Below are positions 51,425 to 63,224 of a stretch of DNA of 64,000 nt, in pieces. Source of the DNA: Octopus sinensis. Taxonomy: Eukaryota. The notes beneath the pieces were generated by a model. It saw nothing but the letters and a program-made list of their open reading frames with translations. It had not been told where the DNA came from and did no database searches. The position numbers and the translations under genes were made by a program. How positions within the stretch are numbered: position 1 is the stretch's first letter; every line of letters starts with the position of its first letter. The stretch covers positions 12,276,001-12,340,000 of the forward strand of contig NC_043014.1 of the NCBI RefSeq assembly GCF_006345805.1. Reading direction: 5' to 3'.

Positions 51425-51866
51425 AGGCGCAGGTGTGGCTGTGTGGTAAGAAGCTTGCTTACCTCACGGTTCCAGGTTCAGTCCCACTGTGTAGCAACTT
51501 GAGCAAGTGTCTTCTACTATAGCCTCAGGCTGACCAAAACCTTGTGAGTGGATTTGGTAGACAGAAACTGAAAGAAGCCTGCCGTGCATATATATATAAA
51601 AGAATCTTGACCTGAAAGAAGCCCATCGTATATATATGTATGTATATATGTGTGTGTGTGTGTGTTTGTGTCTGTGTTTGTCTCCCCAACATCGCTTGAC
51701 AACCGATGCTGGTGTGTGTACGTCCCGTAACTTAGCGGTTCGGCAAAAGAGACCGATAGAATAAGTACTAGGCTTACTAAGAATAAGTCCTGGGGGCGAT
51801 TTGCTCGACTAAAGACGGTGCTCCAGCAGGGCCGCAGTCAAATGACTGCAACAAGTAAAAAAATAA
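51425..51866 (+). mobile_element. CORE-type SINE: head-only copy plus 5'-truncated copy with 16-bp TSD
   Basis: aaaagaatcttgacct occurs at about 51597 and 51866. Confidence 0.8.
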
Positions 51867-51944
51867 AAGAATCTTGACCTAACATAGATGCAGCCCCTCT
51901 GAAGCTACTTGGGAAAAGACCGGAATTGCAAAATAAGAACTTAC

Positions 51945-52045
51945 TTGTATTCTCATCTGAATTCACTTGAGCTCGTCGCAGCTCTTCTTGTAAGTATTTG
52001 ATTTTGTCCTCCAAGATAGAAATGGTTTCTTTGTAAGAACTTTCA
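51945..52045 (-). CDS. Exon of the coiled-coil gene
   Basis: ctttcag| and |gtaagt; phase 2-1; ESSYKETISILEDKIKYLQEELRRAQVNSDENT. Confidence 0.9.
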
Positions 52046-52627
52046 CTGAAAGAAAAAAAACAACAAAAATAAAGTATGCCTGGGAAGAAGCAAAGAGTTG
52101 GTAACAGGAAGGGCATCCAACCATAGAAAAATCTACCTCGATAAAACCTATGTCCAACATGTGCAAGCAGAAATTAAAGTGAACATTAAAACAATGACAC
52201 GTCTGACACAAGATCTCCTCCTCCAATGTACCCCCACTCACAAAATTCCTTGTCTTTCAAGTCACTTGGTGACCCTGCTGGTGCTGGTGTCGTGTAGAAA
52301 GCATCCAGGCCACATTGTGAAGTGGTTGGCATTTTGGAAAAAGCACCCATCTGTAAAAATCCTGCCAAAACTGACCTCACCTGTGCTGGTGCCACATAAA
52401 AAGCACTCGGTCCACTCTTCAGAGTGATTGGTGCCAGGAAAGGCAAACCAGATACAGTGGCCTGGGGTAGTCTTCTACCTGCTCAGCTCCTGTCAACCGT
52501 CCTACCAAAGTATGCATGGAAAACAGACGTTAAACAATGACGGTGATGATCATTAAAACAATATACTGATGATGATGATGATGATGAAAAAGGAATTTCC
52601 ACAGACACAAATTTTATTTGAGATTAA

Positions 52628-52824
52628 AAAACAAATAACAAACATACAGGCGCAGGAGTGGCTGTGTGGTAAGTAGCTTGTTTACCAACCACATGGTTCC
52701 GGGTTCAGTCCCACAGCGTGGCACCTTGGGCAAGTGTCTTCTACTATAGCCTCGGGCCGACCAAAGCCTTGTGAGTGGATTTAGCAGATGGAAACTGAAA
52801 GAAGCCCATCGTATATATGTGTAT

Positions 52825-52861
<37 letters not shown>

Positions 52862-53073
52862 GCGTGTGTGTGTTTGTGTGTTGTGTTTGTCCCCCTAGCA
52901 TTGCTTGACAACCGATGCTGGTATGTTTATGTCCCCGTTACTTAGCGGTTCGGCAAAAGAGACCGATAGAATAAGTACAGGGCTTATAAAAGAATAAGTC
53001 CCGGGGTCGAGTTGGTCGATTAAAGGCGGTGCTCCAGCATGGCCGCAGTCAAATGACTGAAACAAGAAAAAGA
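52628..53073 (+). mobile_element. CORE-type SINE, full length
   Basis: Head to tail match. Confidence 0.9.
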
Positions 53074-53112
53074 GTATACTACAACAGACAGAATAAACCA
53101 AAAAATACTTAC

Positions 53113-53257
53113 AGTTTGCTGAAGTGTAATTTAGAAATTTTGTTCGTGGCTTCAGCCCGTGCTAAACTCATGAACTTATCGGATAATTGCTTCCTCAGAT
53201 CTTCTACATCATCTGTATTCACACCTTTGCCTTTTGATTCCATATTGGTAGTACAAT
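53113..53257 (-). CDS. Exon of the coiled-coil gene
   Basis: gttcaag| and |gtaagt; phase 1-2; CTTNMESKGKGVNTDDVEDLRKQLSDKFMSLARAEATNKISKLHFSK. Confidence 0.9.
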
Positions 53258-53639
53258 CTTGAACAGAATAAAAAAAATAATAAATAGAAAGAATGAAATT
53301 AGTATAAGTATTACATTGGAGGAAGAATTAAGAATAAAAAAATAAAAAACTAGAATTAAGAATAGAAACCCCTCTCTCTCTCTCTCTTTGGGAGAGGCAC
53401 AAGCACCTACACGTACATGTACACACACGGCAGTAACTTCCGCCTGCCGAATTCAATCACAAAGCTTCAGTCGGCTCGGGGCTATAGCAGAAGACACCTA
53501 CCCAAAGTGCCACGCAGTGGGACTGAACCCGAAACCATGTAGCTAAATATAGAATAACCTACAAAAACAAAGAGAGAAGAAGAAAAAAAAACCAATTTCA
53601 GTCAGGTACAGACATGTCATGTGGTTTGGAATTTTCTTT

Positions 53640-53913
53640 TGCCAGCTCCGCCTTGACTGGCTTCCGTGCTGGTGGCACGTTAAAAGCACCAACCGATTGT
53701 GGCCGCTGCCAGACTCCCCTGGCACCTGTGCCGGTGGGACGTAAAAAGCACCCACTACACTCGCGGAGTGGTTGGCGTTAAGAAGGGCATCCAGCTGTAG
53801 AAACACTGCCAGATCAGACTGGAGCCTGGTGCAGCCTCCTGGCTTCCCAGACCCCAGTCAAACCGTCCAACCCGTGCTAGCACGGAAAACGGACGTTAAA
53901 CGATGATGATGAT
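53640..53913 (+). mobile_element. RTE 3' end
   Basis: Family motifs. Confidence 0.8.
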
Positions 53914-54229
53914 GGATTATCTTGTATCTTCAAGATTTCAACAATGTGATTGTTTTATTCTGAGAATGACATTGTAGGGTAGGTGCGAGAGGCTGAGACT
54001 GGTCAGTCTGAACATAAAATAGGTAAGATACTTTGGTCAGACCAAAATCTGGCCAGTTTGAATGCTGAAGGGTTAAGGAAAACGATAATATACAAACTCA
54101 GTGTGACAGTATAACATTATAAACACAATGCATGCAGTTTTTGTCTACCCAATTTTATTTGGATGTTTTAAAAGATAGAAAGATAAAAAAGCACATTGGA
54201 CTTGAGCTTCATCCATCTATCCATTTTCT

Positions 54230-54535
54230 TTGCCCGATCGTGGCCGTTGCCAGAGCCGCCCCGTCTGGCCCCCGTGCCGGTGGCACGTAAAAGCACCATT
54301 CGTTCGTGTCCGTTGCCAGCCTCGCCTGGCCCCCGTGCCAGTGGCACGTAAAAGCACCATCCGCTCGTGTCCGTTTGAGAGTGGCCGCTGCCAGTACCAA
54401 CTGACTGGCCCTCGTGCTGGTGGCACATAAAAGCACCCACTACACTCTTGGAGTGGTTGGCATTAGGAAGGGCATTCAGCTGTAGAAACTCTGCCAGATC
54501 AGATCGGAGTCTGATGATGATGATGATGATGATGA
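54230..54535 (+). mobile_element. RTE 3' end
   Basis: Four tandem units plus (GAT)n. Confidence 0.78.
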
Positions 54536-54862
54536 TGGATACATTTTGTTTTGTCTGAATAAAAGATGCAAATTTTTACACAAGAAATGCCACTGATCTT
54601 AAGGATTACTAATGAAACTAATCCAGAGTTTAGTAACAACAATGACAGTCACACAAACTCCCTTTCATGCACAAAGACAACAACAACAAAATAATAAGAA
54701 GCAGCAGCAGCAGCAAATCTGAAAAGGAGATGAGGAGTTGCTTTTGCTCTCAAGAAAATACTAAGAGTTCTGACACTTATTTCCAAGATACATCAAAATA
54801 GCATAAAAAATCCTGAAGAAACCAATTCTATGACTTTCATAGAAGACAGAATGGAAGCTTAC

Positions 54863-54980
54863 TTTGTTTTTCACTCATCGTCTCTGTTTGCAGTTTGTGT
54901 ATAGTTTCTTTAAAAAGGCCATTTTCCTTGCTGAGTTCTTCGATTTCGGACGTAAAATTCTTAATCTCAGTTTGTAAACA
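54863..54980 (-). CDS. Exon of the coiled-coil gene
   Basis: ctctttag| and |gtaagc; phase 0-1; CLQTEIKNFTSEIEELSKENGLFKETIHKLQTETMSEKQ. Confidence 0.9.
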
Positions 54981-55287
54981 CTAAAGAGGAAGAGAAAAAC
55001 ATTGTCTCAGTAAACGTTTGAATGTGTGTGTGTGTGTGTGTGTGTGCTGAAAGGTGAAGGTGTTCTCTGAAGATGAAATACAACAGCAATTAACATATTC
55101 ACAACCAAATCTGCAGTAATGTATTAAGAATGAAGAGGAACATTGTTGCAAGTTAATAAATGTCGTTTCAAGAAGAAATACATTTATACAGAATAATCAT
55201 GATCTTTCAAGAAATTAGCCAACAACAGGGAACACCGGGTACCCTGTTGGTATCCGCATGTTTTTATATATTATGAAAGCAATACTC

Positions 55288-55504
55288 TCTCTTTTACTCT
55301 TTTACTTGTTTCAGTCATTTGACTGCAGCCATGCTGGAGCACCGCCTTTAATCGAGCAACTCGACCCCGGGACTTATTCTTTGTAAGCCCAGTACTTATT
55401 CTATCGGTCTCTTTTGCCGAACCGCTAAGTGACAGGGACATAAACACACCAGCATCAGTTGTCAAGCAAAGCTAGGGGGACAAACACAGACACACAAACA
55501 CACG

Positions 55505-55554
<50 letters not shown>

Positions 55555-55722
55555 ATATACGACGGGCTTCTTTCAGTTACCGTCTACCAAATCCACTCAC
55601 AAGGCTTTGGTCAGCCCGAGGCTATAGTAGAAGACACTTGCCCAAGGTGCCACGCAATGGGACTGAACCCAGAACCATGTGGTTGGTTAGCAAGCTACTT
55701 ACCACACAGCCACTCCTGCGCC
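55288..55722 (-). mobile_element. CORE-type SINE, full length
   Basis: Head to tail match. Confidence 0.9.
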
Positions 55723-55816
55723 TATGAACACAATGAAGAAAAAGGAAGGCAACATAGAAGGGACACATTTTAACAAATATTGCATTAGTTTAACACTTAC
55801 AAGGAACAGAAAGAGT

Positions 55817-55851
55817 CTTGATGTTTCAGATGTAAGGTCCTTCATCAGAAG
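55817..55851 (-). ncRNA. Minimal hammerhead motif with intact core and CpG-decayed stems
   Basis: ctt CUGAUGA a gga ccttaca tct GAAA ca TC aag. Confidence 0.65.
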
Positions 55852-56121
55852 GAAAATATTACAGAAAAATAAAGGAATGAATGAGAAAAAGTGGTTGGAG
55901 AAAATAAAATGGGTTAGGGGATTAGGGATGAGGAGCCAGGTGGAATGTGGTTCCATAGGGTGGGCGGTGAAGTTAAGCAGAAGGATGGGAGGGGGTATCT
56001 ATCTATGTTTTGAGATGGGCGGGGTGGGGTGTAGGTGAAGGATTTGGTTGGGTAAGGAAACTCAGAGAAGTGACTGAACTTTTGAGCTCTGAATAAGTAA
56101 ATTCATAAATATAAATACGTG

Positions 56122-56690
56122 AAATCGAAATCGAAATTGAACCAATCCTATGACTGGCACCCAACAGTTGCCAGGACCGCTGGACTGACTCCTGTGCAGG
56201 TGGCAAGTGAAGAAACACCATTTCGACCCTGTGCTTGAGGAGATTCATTGAGTCAAGTACACCGACATCAAAATCAATGGAAACTGCAGTTGTGATCCCT
56301 GAGCCGGTGGCACATAAAAAGCACCATCTGAACGTGGCCGATGCCAGCGCCGCCTAGACTGGCTTCCGTGCCGGTGGCACGTAAAAAGCGCTATCCGAAT
56401 TGTGGCCGATGCCAGTGCCGCCTTGACTGGCTTCCGTGCCGGTGGCACGTAAAATGCACCAATTCGATCGTGGTCATTGCCAGCCTCGACTGGCACCTGT
56501 GCAGGTGGCACGTAAAAAGCACCCACTACACTCGTGGAGTGGTTGGCGTTAGGAAGGGCATCCAGCTGTAGAAACACTACCAGATCAGACCGGAGCCTGG
56601 TGCAGCCTCCTGGCTTCCCAGATCCCTGGTGAAACCGTCCAACCCATGCTAGCATGGAGAACGGACGTTAAACGATGATGATGATGATGA
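56122..56690 (+). mobile_element. RTE 3' end
   Basis: Family motifs, four tandem units. Confidence 0.8.
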
Positions 56691-56938
56691 TTCAATAACA
56701 TTTATTCAATAATGTTCAATAAAAACTGAATAAATACATTTATTTATTTAAATAAGGATTCATTATGTCACCACCCCACAAAAAAAAATAACAAAAAAAA
56801 TATAGAAAGAAAAAGAGAAACAGGAAAATTGAGATAGACAGAAAAAGTGAAAAATGAGTAAAAGAGCAAGAAAGAGAACAAAAGTCATAAGTCTGAAAGA
56901 GAAAAGAAAGAAAGAAAAAAAGGACAATAAAATCTCAC

Positions 56939-57063
56939 CGTGATCACATGACATTGCTTTTGTTCAGCTTCTCTTATTTGATTTGCCATTGCAGCACAAT
57001 TACTACATTCATGGATGTTAGATTTGCTGGAAAGATGGCTGTCACTGGGAAGTGTACACATCT
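56939..57063 (-). CDS. Exon of the coiled-coil gene
   Basis: ctacag| and |gtgaga; phase 1-0; MCTLPSDSHLSSKSNIHECSNCAAMANQIREAEQKQCHVIT. Confidence 0.85.
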
Positions 57064-57114
57064 CTGTAGATATATAAATATACATGTGTATGATATTTGG
57101 GATTGTATGTACAG

Positions 57115-57306
57115 AATGTAAAGTATAATAGCCATCTCAATATGGCTAACCACAAAGGGTAAGTGTTACTGAAGCTTTTAGCCCCAGGAGATCATCGTCT
57201 CCAGCTGGCTTTAGGCACACTATCTGCGATCTCCTGGGGCTAAAAGCTTCAGTAACACCCACCCTTTGTGGTTAGCCATATTGAGATGGCTATTATACTT
57301 TACATT
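57115..57306. repeat. 79-bp-arm inverted repeat (34-nt loop) inside a 14-bp direct repeat
   Basis: Arms 57115-57193 and 57228-57306; tatgtacagaatgt at 57106-57119 and 57352-57365. Confidence 0.95.
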
Positions 57307-57529
57307 GCCAAGCGGTTACTGTTTACATCTCGTTCAGAGATTTATTATTGCTATGTACAGAATGTTCAGGCTAAATTGGATGATTTTTTTTTTCTTTTAT
57401 GTCTCATGTTTACAGAAACAGCTTGATGTATTGGTGAACAGTTAAAGGCATTGGAAAGCATAAAGATTAAGGTTTATAGTTGAGAATAAGTTAGTGACAC
57501 GGACAACTGGAAGCCATCTGAATATTGGA

Positions 57530-57705
57530 AAAGAGTTAGTTAATTTTTTGGCTCAAAAAGCAAAAAGCAAGGCCATGTAGGGGGACATGGAGTTATGTAC
57601 AGGGTGGTGTTCATGTAAAGAGTTCAGGCCACTTGTGGTCAAGGGAAACTTTGAACCGAGCGGTCGTCGGCATCTTCACTATCTCGTCCGGCTATCTCTC
57701 CTTCA
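57530..57705 (-). mobile_element. CR1/L2-type LINE 3' end
   Basis: PDEIVKMPTTARFKVSLDHKWPEL*, (taac)n-like tail. Confidence 0.6.
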
Positions 57706-57784
57706 ATTGAGATGAATTACCCAGATAATGATAATTTGGTGCTCCTTTGGTGTGTGATCCACAAGGTTGTATACTTTAGGTTAC

Positions 57785-58200
57785 TTTATTCTTTTACTTT
57801 GTTTCGGTCATTTGACTGTGGCCATGCTGGAGCACCGCCTTTAGTCGAGCAAATCGCCCCAAGACTTATTCTTTGTAAGCCTAGTACTTATTCTGTCGGT
57901 CTCTTTTGCAAACCACAAAGTTACGGGGACGTAAACACACCAGCGTCGGTTGTCAAGCGATGCTGGCGGGACAAACACAGACACAAAAACATATACACAC
58001 ACACATACATACATATATGTGTGTGTATATATATAGACAACAGGCTACTTTCAGTTTCCGTTTACCAAATCCACTCACAAGGCTTTGGTCAGCCTGAGGC
58101 TATAGTAAAAGACACTTGGTTCTGGGTTCAGTCCCACTGTGTGGAACCTTGGCCATGTGGTTCGTAAGCAAGCTACTCACCACACAGCCACTCCTACGCC
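57785..58200 (-). mobile_element. CORE-type SINE
   Basis: Family match. Confidence 0.85.
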
Positions 58201-58844
58201 AATAAAAAAGTTGCATTGACTGGGATTGTAAATTATTTTGTACAGACATAACATTGTAAATGCATTTTTTTCAAAATTCTTACTAATCTAATAAGAAAAC
58301 CATATAATAATTAAAATAAGCACGTAAATCACCCACCAAAGTAAATTTGCTCACGTAGATCACCCGGAGAGCAGGACTAACACAAAGTAAACTAAAATCT
58401 GACCTAAGGTAATTTCCTTTAAATTGTAGATCACACAGCAATGTGGTAGGTTTTTTTTTCTTAAGAAATGATGTGAATTTAGTGCTGGTTTCTTGTAAAA
58501 ATGCAACTACCTTCAGCTCATTGTTGATCACATTGTAAAAACTTTAGCCAACATCTTAACCCTTTTGTTACTAACCTGGCCAAAACTGGCTCTGGCTATG
58601 TGGTAAAATGTCTTGTTTTCATAAGTTTTGAATTAAAATCTTCCACCAAGCCTTAGTCACAATTTACATTCCTAACACTAGCTTAATGATAACTAAGTTA
58701 TTTTACTAAATTCTTTGTTATATTTAAAGTAATTGAAAGAAACACAGAGCATCTCAAAATAAATACGGTAATGAAAGGGTTAAGGGATTTTAGAAATTGA
58801 AAAGCAAACTAAAAAGTAACTTAGAGTAATCTTCCTTGTAGACC

Positions 58845-59310
58845 ACATGCCAAAGGAACACCAATGATTCATACTGGCTATCAAAATGCCAACATCATGA
58901 CTGCTGCTAAAAGCTTTGTGCACATGACAAAGACTGTAAGACATGATATGAACATCATGAAAACCAAGTTGCCCCAAACTATGATGGTTTTTGGATTTGT
59001 CTTCAGTGACGGTGACATCATGCTGCCCCACATTTTTCAACAGCGCCTTAGGCTCAAATCAGAGGGCTATGTGAAGCTGTTGGGGACTGTGGTCAAAGCT
59101 TGGCTGGGGAATGTTGCTGCTGGAAGGTCATATATGTAACAGCAGGATTCGGCTTTTTGCTATATCTCTGGAAAGAATCAGAAATGGTTAACAGAGAAGT
59201 TCTATGGCTTCACCAGCTCTAATTTCTGGTCTCCTAATTACATCCAATTGTAATCCCATGGATTACTCTATGTGGGGCACAGTTGAGAAAGATACCAACT
59301 GCTCTGCCTG
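58845..59310 (+). pseudogene. Tc1/mariner (maT/DD37D-like) transposase fragment
   Basis: TKLPQTMMVFG.V.SDGD.MLPHIF, *QQDSA, FWSPN...DY-like motifs. Confidence 0.8.
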
Positions 59311-59374
59311 CTGGTCGCAGTCAAATGACTGAAACAAATAAAAGAATAAAGGCATTCACATGCTTTTACACTCT

Positions 59375-59409
<35 letters not shown>

Positions 59410-59539
59410 GCACAAGTGTGAGTGAGTTGGGTCTGTGGCTATTTTGAAAATCCCTTATGGAGTGATGAGCATGCCCTGCATAGTTATGGGCTCCACTTTG
59501 GCAAGGTACAGCCAGGGGCACATATATACACACACAAGT

Positions 59540-59785
59540 TTGTGTGTAAAAAGCACCATCCGATCGTGGCCGTTTGCCAGCCTCGTCTGGCACCTGTGCC
59601 GGTGGCACGTAAAAAGCACCCACTACACTCACGGAGTGGTTGGCGTTAGGAAGGGCATCCAGCCATAGAAACACTGCCAGATCAGACTGGGCCTGGTGCA
59701 GCCTTCTGGCTTCCCAGACCCCAATTGCACCGTCCAACCCATGCCAGCATGGAAAGCAGACACTAAACGATGATGATGATGATTA
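59540..59785 (+). mobile_element. RTE 3' end
   Basis: Family motifs. Confidence 0.8.
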
Positions 59786-59886
59786 TCTGATGATTGTGAT
59801 GATGGTCAAAAGTCAAATATGAACAGTCAAGTCACAAAATGTTAAAAACAGCATAACAGAAATCAGAGAAAATCTGAGGCTCTTAC

Positions 59887-59959
59887 CTTTCTGCTTTTCA
59901 AGTTCATCCTCAAGGCAACTTGTTTTGTTCATTTGATCTTCAAATTTTTTGCGGAAGAA
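59887..59959 (-). CDS. Exon of the coiled-coil gene
   Basis: tgttcag| and |gtaaga; phase 0-1; FFRKKFEDQMNKTSCLEDELEKQK. Confidence 0.88.
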
Positions 59960-60326
59960 CTGAACAAAAATATAAACCAGAATACTTTTAGAGCAAAATA
60001 CAAAAGGAACAATAGTTCTTCAACTTACTTTTTCACTGAAGTAAGTCACTGACTTGATTGTATCAAATCCAGTTGGCTACCTCATATTTATTTGATTTAC
60101 ATCAATTAACCCTGTAGTCGTTATGTGTGTGTACCAGGTGAACAGATGCAAAAGGCATGTGTATGTCTTTGAAGTAAACAAATGAGTGAATCGATTCATA
60201 GTTAAAAATAATTTATTCACTGGACTTATTTGTCGTTGGTACACACAATTCTTCACTACATGCAAAATGTTGACAACTGCCAAGAGTTGCTAGAAATAGA
60301 AACAGGGTACATCTGTGGAAGTGATG

Positions 60327-60753
60327 TGTTAGAAATGAATATGTTTGTGTGTGTGTAGTTCATCTGAGACATTAGTCTTCCGTGGAACTTCGAACAATTC
60401 TCTCGAGTCTCTACGGTCATTCAAAACATGACGTGTCGTAGACCTTGCTCGTTTGCCTGCTAGACCCTTCTTCCTCCTGGTCTGTCTGTTGACCACCGTA
60501 TTTATAATAATCGTGGCAGCTAGAAGGAGAGACATATTGCAGCAGAGCTTGTACCTAAATAGGTCAGCTCCTGTTCATTTGAACTTCGCCTAACATGGCT
60601 GAGGTCGTAGGTCAAAGGGAGATGGTCAATCACTTTTTGACAGGACAAAGAAAACCTTTTTTCACGCTTGTTGATTGTGGTGGTTTGGACAACCGAGAAT
60701 TCTTAGATTCGGTTTCAAATCTAGGCTTGGAGAAGGAAGTGTTAATTTTTACA
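60327..60753 (-). mobile_element. Solo LTR-like element related to 43026-43687
   Basis: TGtaaaaattaacacttcc...catttctaaCA. Confidence 0.55.
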
Positions 60754-61236
60754 ACCCTTTAGCATTCAAATTGCTTTGTCAAATGTAATTGTCTTCAATT
60801 AATAATTCGTTATCTCTTAGCTTTAAGATTTTGATGATGTGATGGTGTATGTTTAGACTGACATTGTAGGGTACATGTGAGAGGCCAGATCTGTCTGGTC
60901 TGAACATAAAACTGGTACAATAATTGGGCCGGATATGACCGGTTTAAATGCGAAAGGGTTAAAAGGGTTAAGTTTACCTTTTGTGGCTTAACCCTTTAGC
61001 ATTCATATTTACTATGAATGTAATGTTTATTTATTCACACTGTTTTGAATTAATCATGCATTGTCTCTAAACTTTGCGACTTTGATGATGCGAATGTTTA
61101 CTTTTTAGAATGACAATGTAGGGTAGGTGTAAGAGGTCAGATCTGGCTCTTTTGAAAATAAAACAGGTAGAGTATTTGAGCCAAATACAACTAGTTTAAT
61201 GCTGCTGCTGCTGATGATGATGATGGTAGTGGAGGT

Positions 61237-61300
61237 GGTACCGAGTCATATACTTCAGCTTAATGCATATGATTGGCTGATGAGGTACGCAAGGGAAACC
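61237..61300 (+). ncRNA. Type III-like hammerhead motif with broken stem II
   Basis: gg UA ccgagtcatat-loop-atatgattgg CUGAUGA g gtac gcaa gg GAAA cc. Confidence 0.45.
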
Positions 61301-61369
61301 TAGAGAGCAATTGGTTAGTAGACTAATCAATGGTTAGTCTACTAACTATGATTAGTCTCCTAATCAATA

Positions 61370-61601
61370 TATTTCTTTACTACCCACAAGGGGCTAAACA
61401 CAGAGAGGACAAACAAGGACAGACAAACGGATTAAGTCGATTACATTGACCCCCAGTGCGTAACTGGTACTTAATTTATTGACCCCAAAAGGATGAAAGG
61501 CAAAGTTGACCTCGGCGGAATTTGAACTTGGAACGTAACGACAGACGAAATACGGCTACGAATTTCGCCCGGCGTGCTAACGTTTCTACCAGCTCGCCGC
61601 C
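61370..61601 (-). mobile_element. Meta-type SINE, full length
   Basis: Family match; flanked by tagtctcctaatcaat direct repeat. Confidence 0.9.
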
Positions 61602-61693
61602 TTATCTCCTAGTCTCCTAATCAATAGTAGACTAATTATAGTCCAATCTTCTTTTAAAAAGAGTCTACTCCTGTGTAGCCATATTGTTGGAGC

Positions 61694-62127
61694 TGTAGTG
61701 ATGCTGCTGTGTTAAGGTTCAGCGCACATGCGCAGAATGGGATTACTTCCAGTTGGCTACTGGAAGTCTTCCCCATGCGCATGTGCGGGAAACTGACCTC
61801 TAAAACGCGGTTCGCTCATTCTGCCTTTCTGGCCCTAGCAGCACTCGAGAACAGACGTGTACTGGCAGTCTCTGAAGACTTCATACCAACCAAGCAGCGA
61901 ACCATGACGAATCATTTCGACTAACAAACAAGAATCCGTACTACAGATTCGGCTGTCGGTTTCCCTCCAGAGAACACGTACACCAGTTCTACATTACGAC
62001 GAGAAATAAACAACATTTTTGCTGTGTTCGTAGATCGCCTGACTTGTCTGTTATTTTAACTAAAATTGAATGTGACGAGATCAGATAGGACACCCCTCCA
62101 GTGATACCGAATCTAGATCCTGTTACA
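61694..62127 (+). mobile_element. Solo LTR, same family as 29409-29825
   Basis: TGtagtgatgct...cctgttaCA, flanks gagc/gggc. Confidence 0.85.
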
Positions 62128-62284
62128 GGGCTTTAGTAGAAGACACTTGCAGAAGGTGCTATGCAGTGAGACTGCACAAGGTTTCAGGTTCAATCCCACC
62201 GACCAAAGCCTTGCAAGTGAATTTGGCAGGTGGAAACTGAAAAAAGCCCATCAAAAGAAAGACCCAGGACTACCTTATGAAGGA

Positions 62285-62560
62285 AACTCACTGCAACAGC
62301 ACACCTAACTTGGGGCTTAATTCTCAGATGGGCTGCAGTTATTCCAATTTTGCAGTGCAGGGTTCAAGAACACCTGAGGTCTTGACAGCAACTGGCACAA
62401 ACTGATAGCAGCCAGTCAGGATCCTGTAATTGTTTATCTTTCTTTCTTCTGCATTACAAGTGATGATTCTCAGTTTTGCAGCCAATGAGGCAAGGTTGGA
62501 ACCAGAGAATGGGTTACTTATGGTCTCTATCATAAATGGTTCCATTAACAGCAAACAGTG
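62285..62560 (-). pseudogene. CRE-clade-like restriction-like endonuclease fragment
   Basis: FSGSNLAS..AEERKINNYRILTGCYQFVPVAVKTSGVL. Confidence 0.55.
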
Positions 62561-62574
62561 AAATTGTACGCAAA

Positions 62575-62990
62575 ATAAATATCAATGGAAATAGTAGTTG
62601 TGATACCTGTGCCGGTGGCACATAAAAAGCACCATCCGAACGTGGCCAATGCCAGCGGCGCCTCGACTGGCTTCTGTGCCAGTGGCACGTAAAAAGCACC
62701 ATCCGAACATGGCCGATGCCTGCGCCACCTTGACTGGCTTCCGTGCCGGTGGCACGTTAAAAGCACCAACCGATCGTGGCCGCTGCCAGACTCCCCTGGC
62801 ACCTGTGCCGGTGGCACGTAAAAAGCACCCACTACACTCGCAGAGTGGTTGGCGTTAGGAAGGGCATTCAGCTGTAGAAACACTGCCAGATCAGACTGGA
62901 GCCTGGTGCAGCCTCCTGGCTTCCCAGACCCCGGTCGAACTGTCCGACCCATGCTGGCGCAGAAAACGGACGTTAAACGATGATGATGAT
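62575..62990 (+). mobile_element. RTE 3' end
   Basis: Family motifs, four tandem units. Confidence 0.8.
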
Positions 62991-63170
62991 GTACAAACAG
63001 CAATGCTGTGTGGTTGTGAAATTTGAACTATGAATGCAGAAAACATTCGAAGACTGGGAAGAAATAAGGCCAACAAGCTCCACTAGATATGCCATATCAG
63101 TGTCCAAGTACGACAAATGTCTTTAAAGAAAAACTGGGCATAAAAGGCATCAGGTGTCATATAAACAGTG
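62991..63170 (+). pseudogene. RTE ORF fragment
   Basis: VQTAMLCGCEI*TMNAENIRRLGRN..ICHISV. Confidence 0.65.
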
Positions 63171-63224
63171 AAGATAGAAAGAAAGATACAATCATACACG
63201 AACCCCAGCACATATTTTTAAGTC

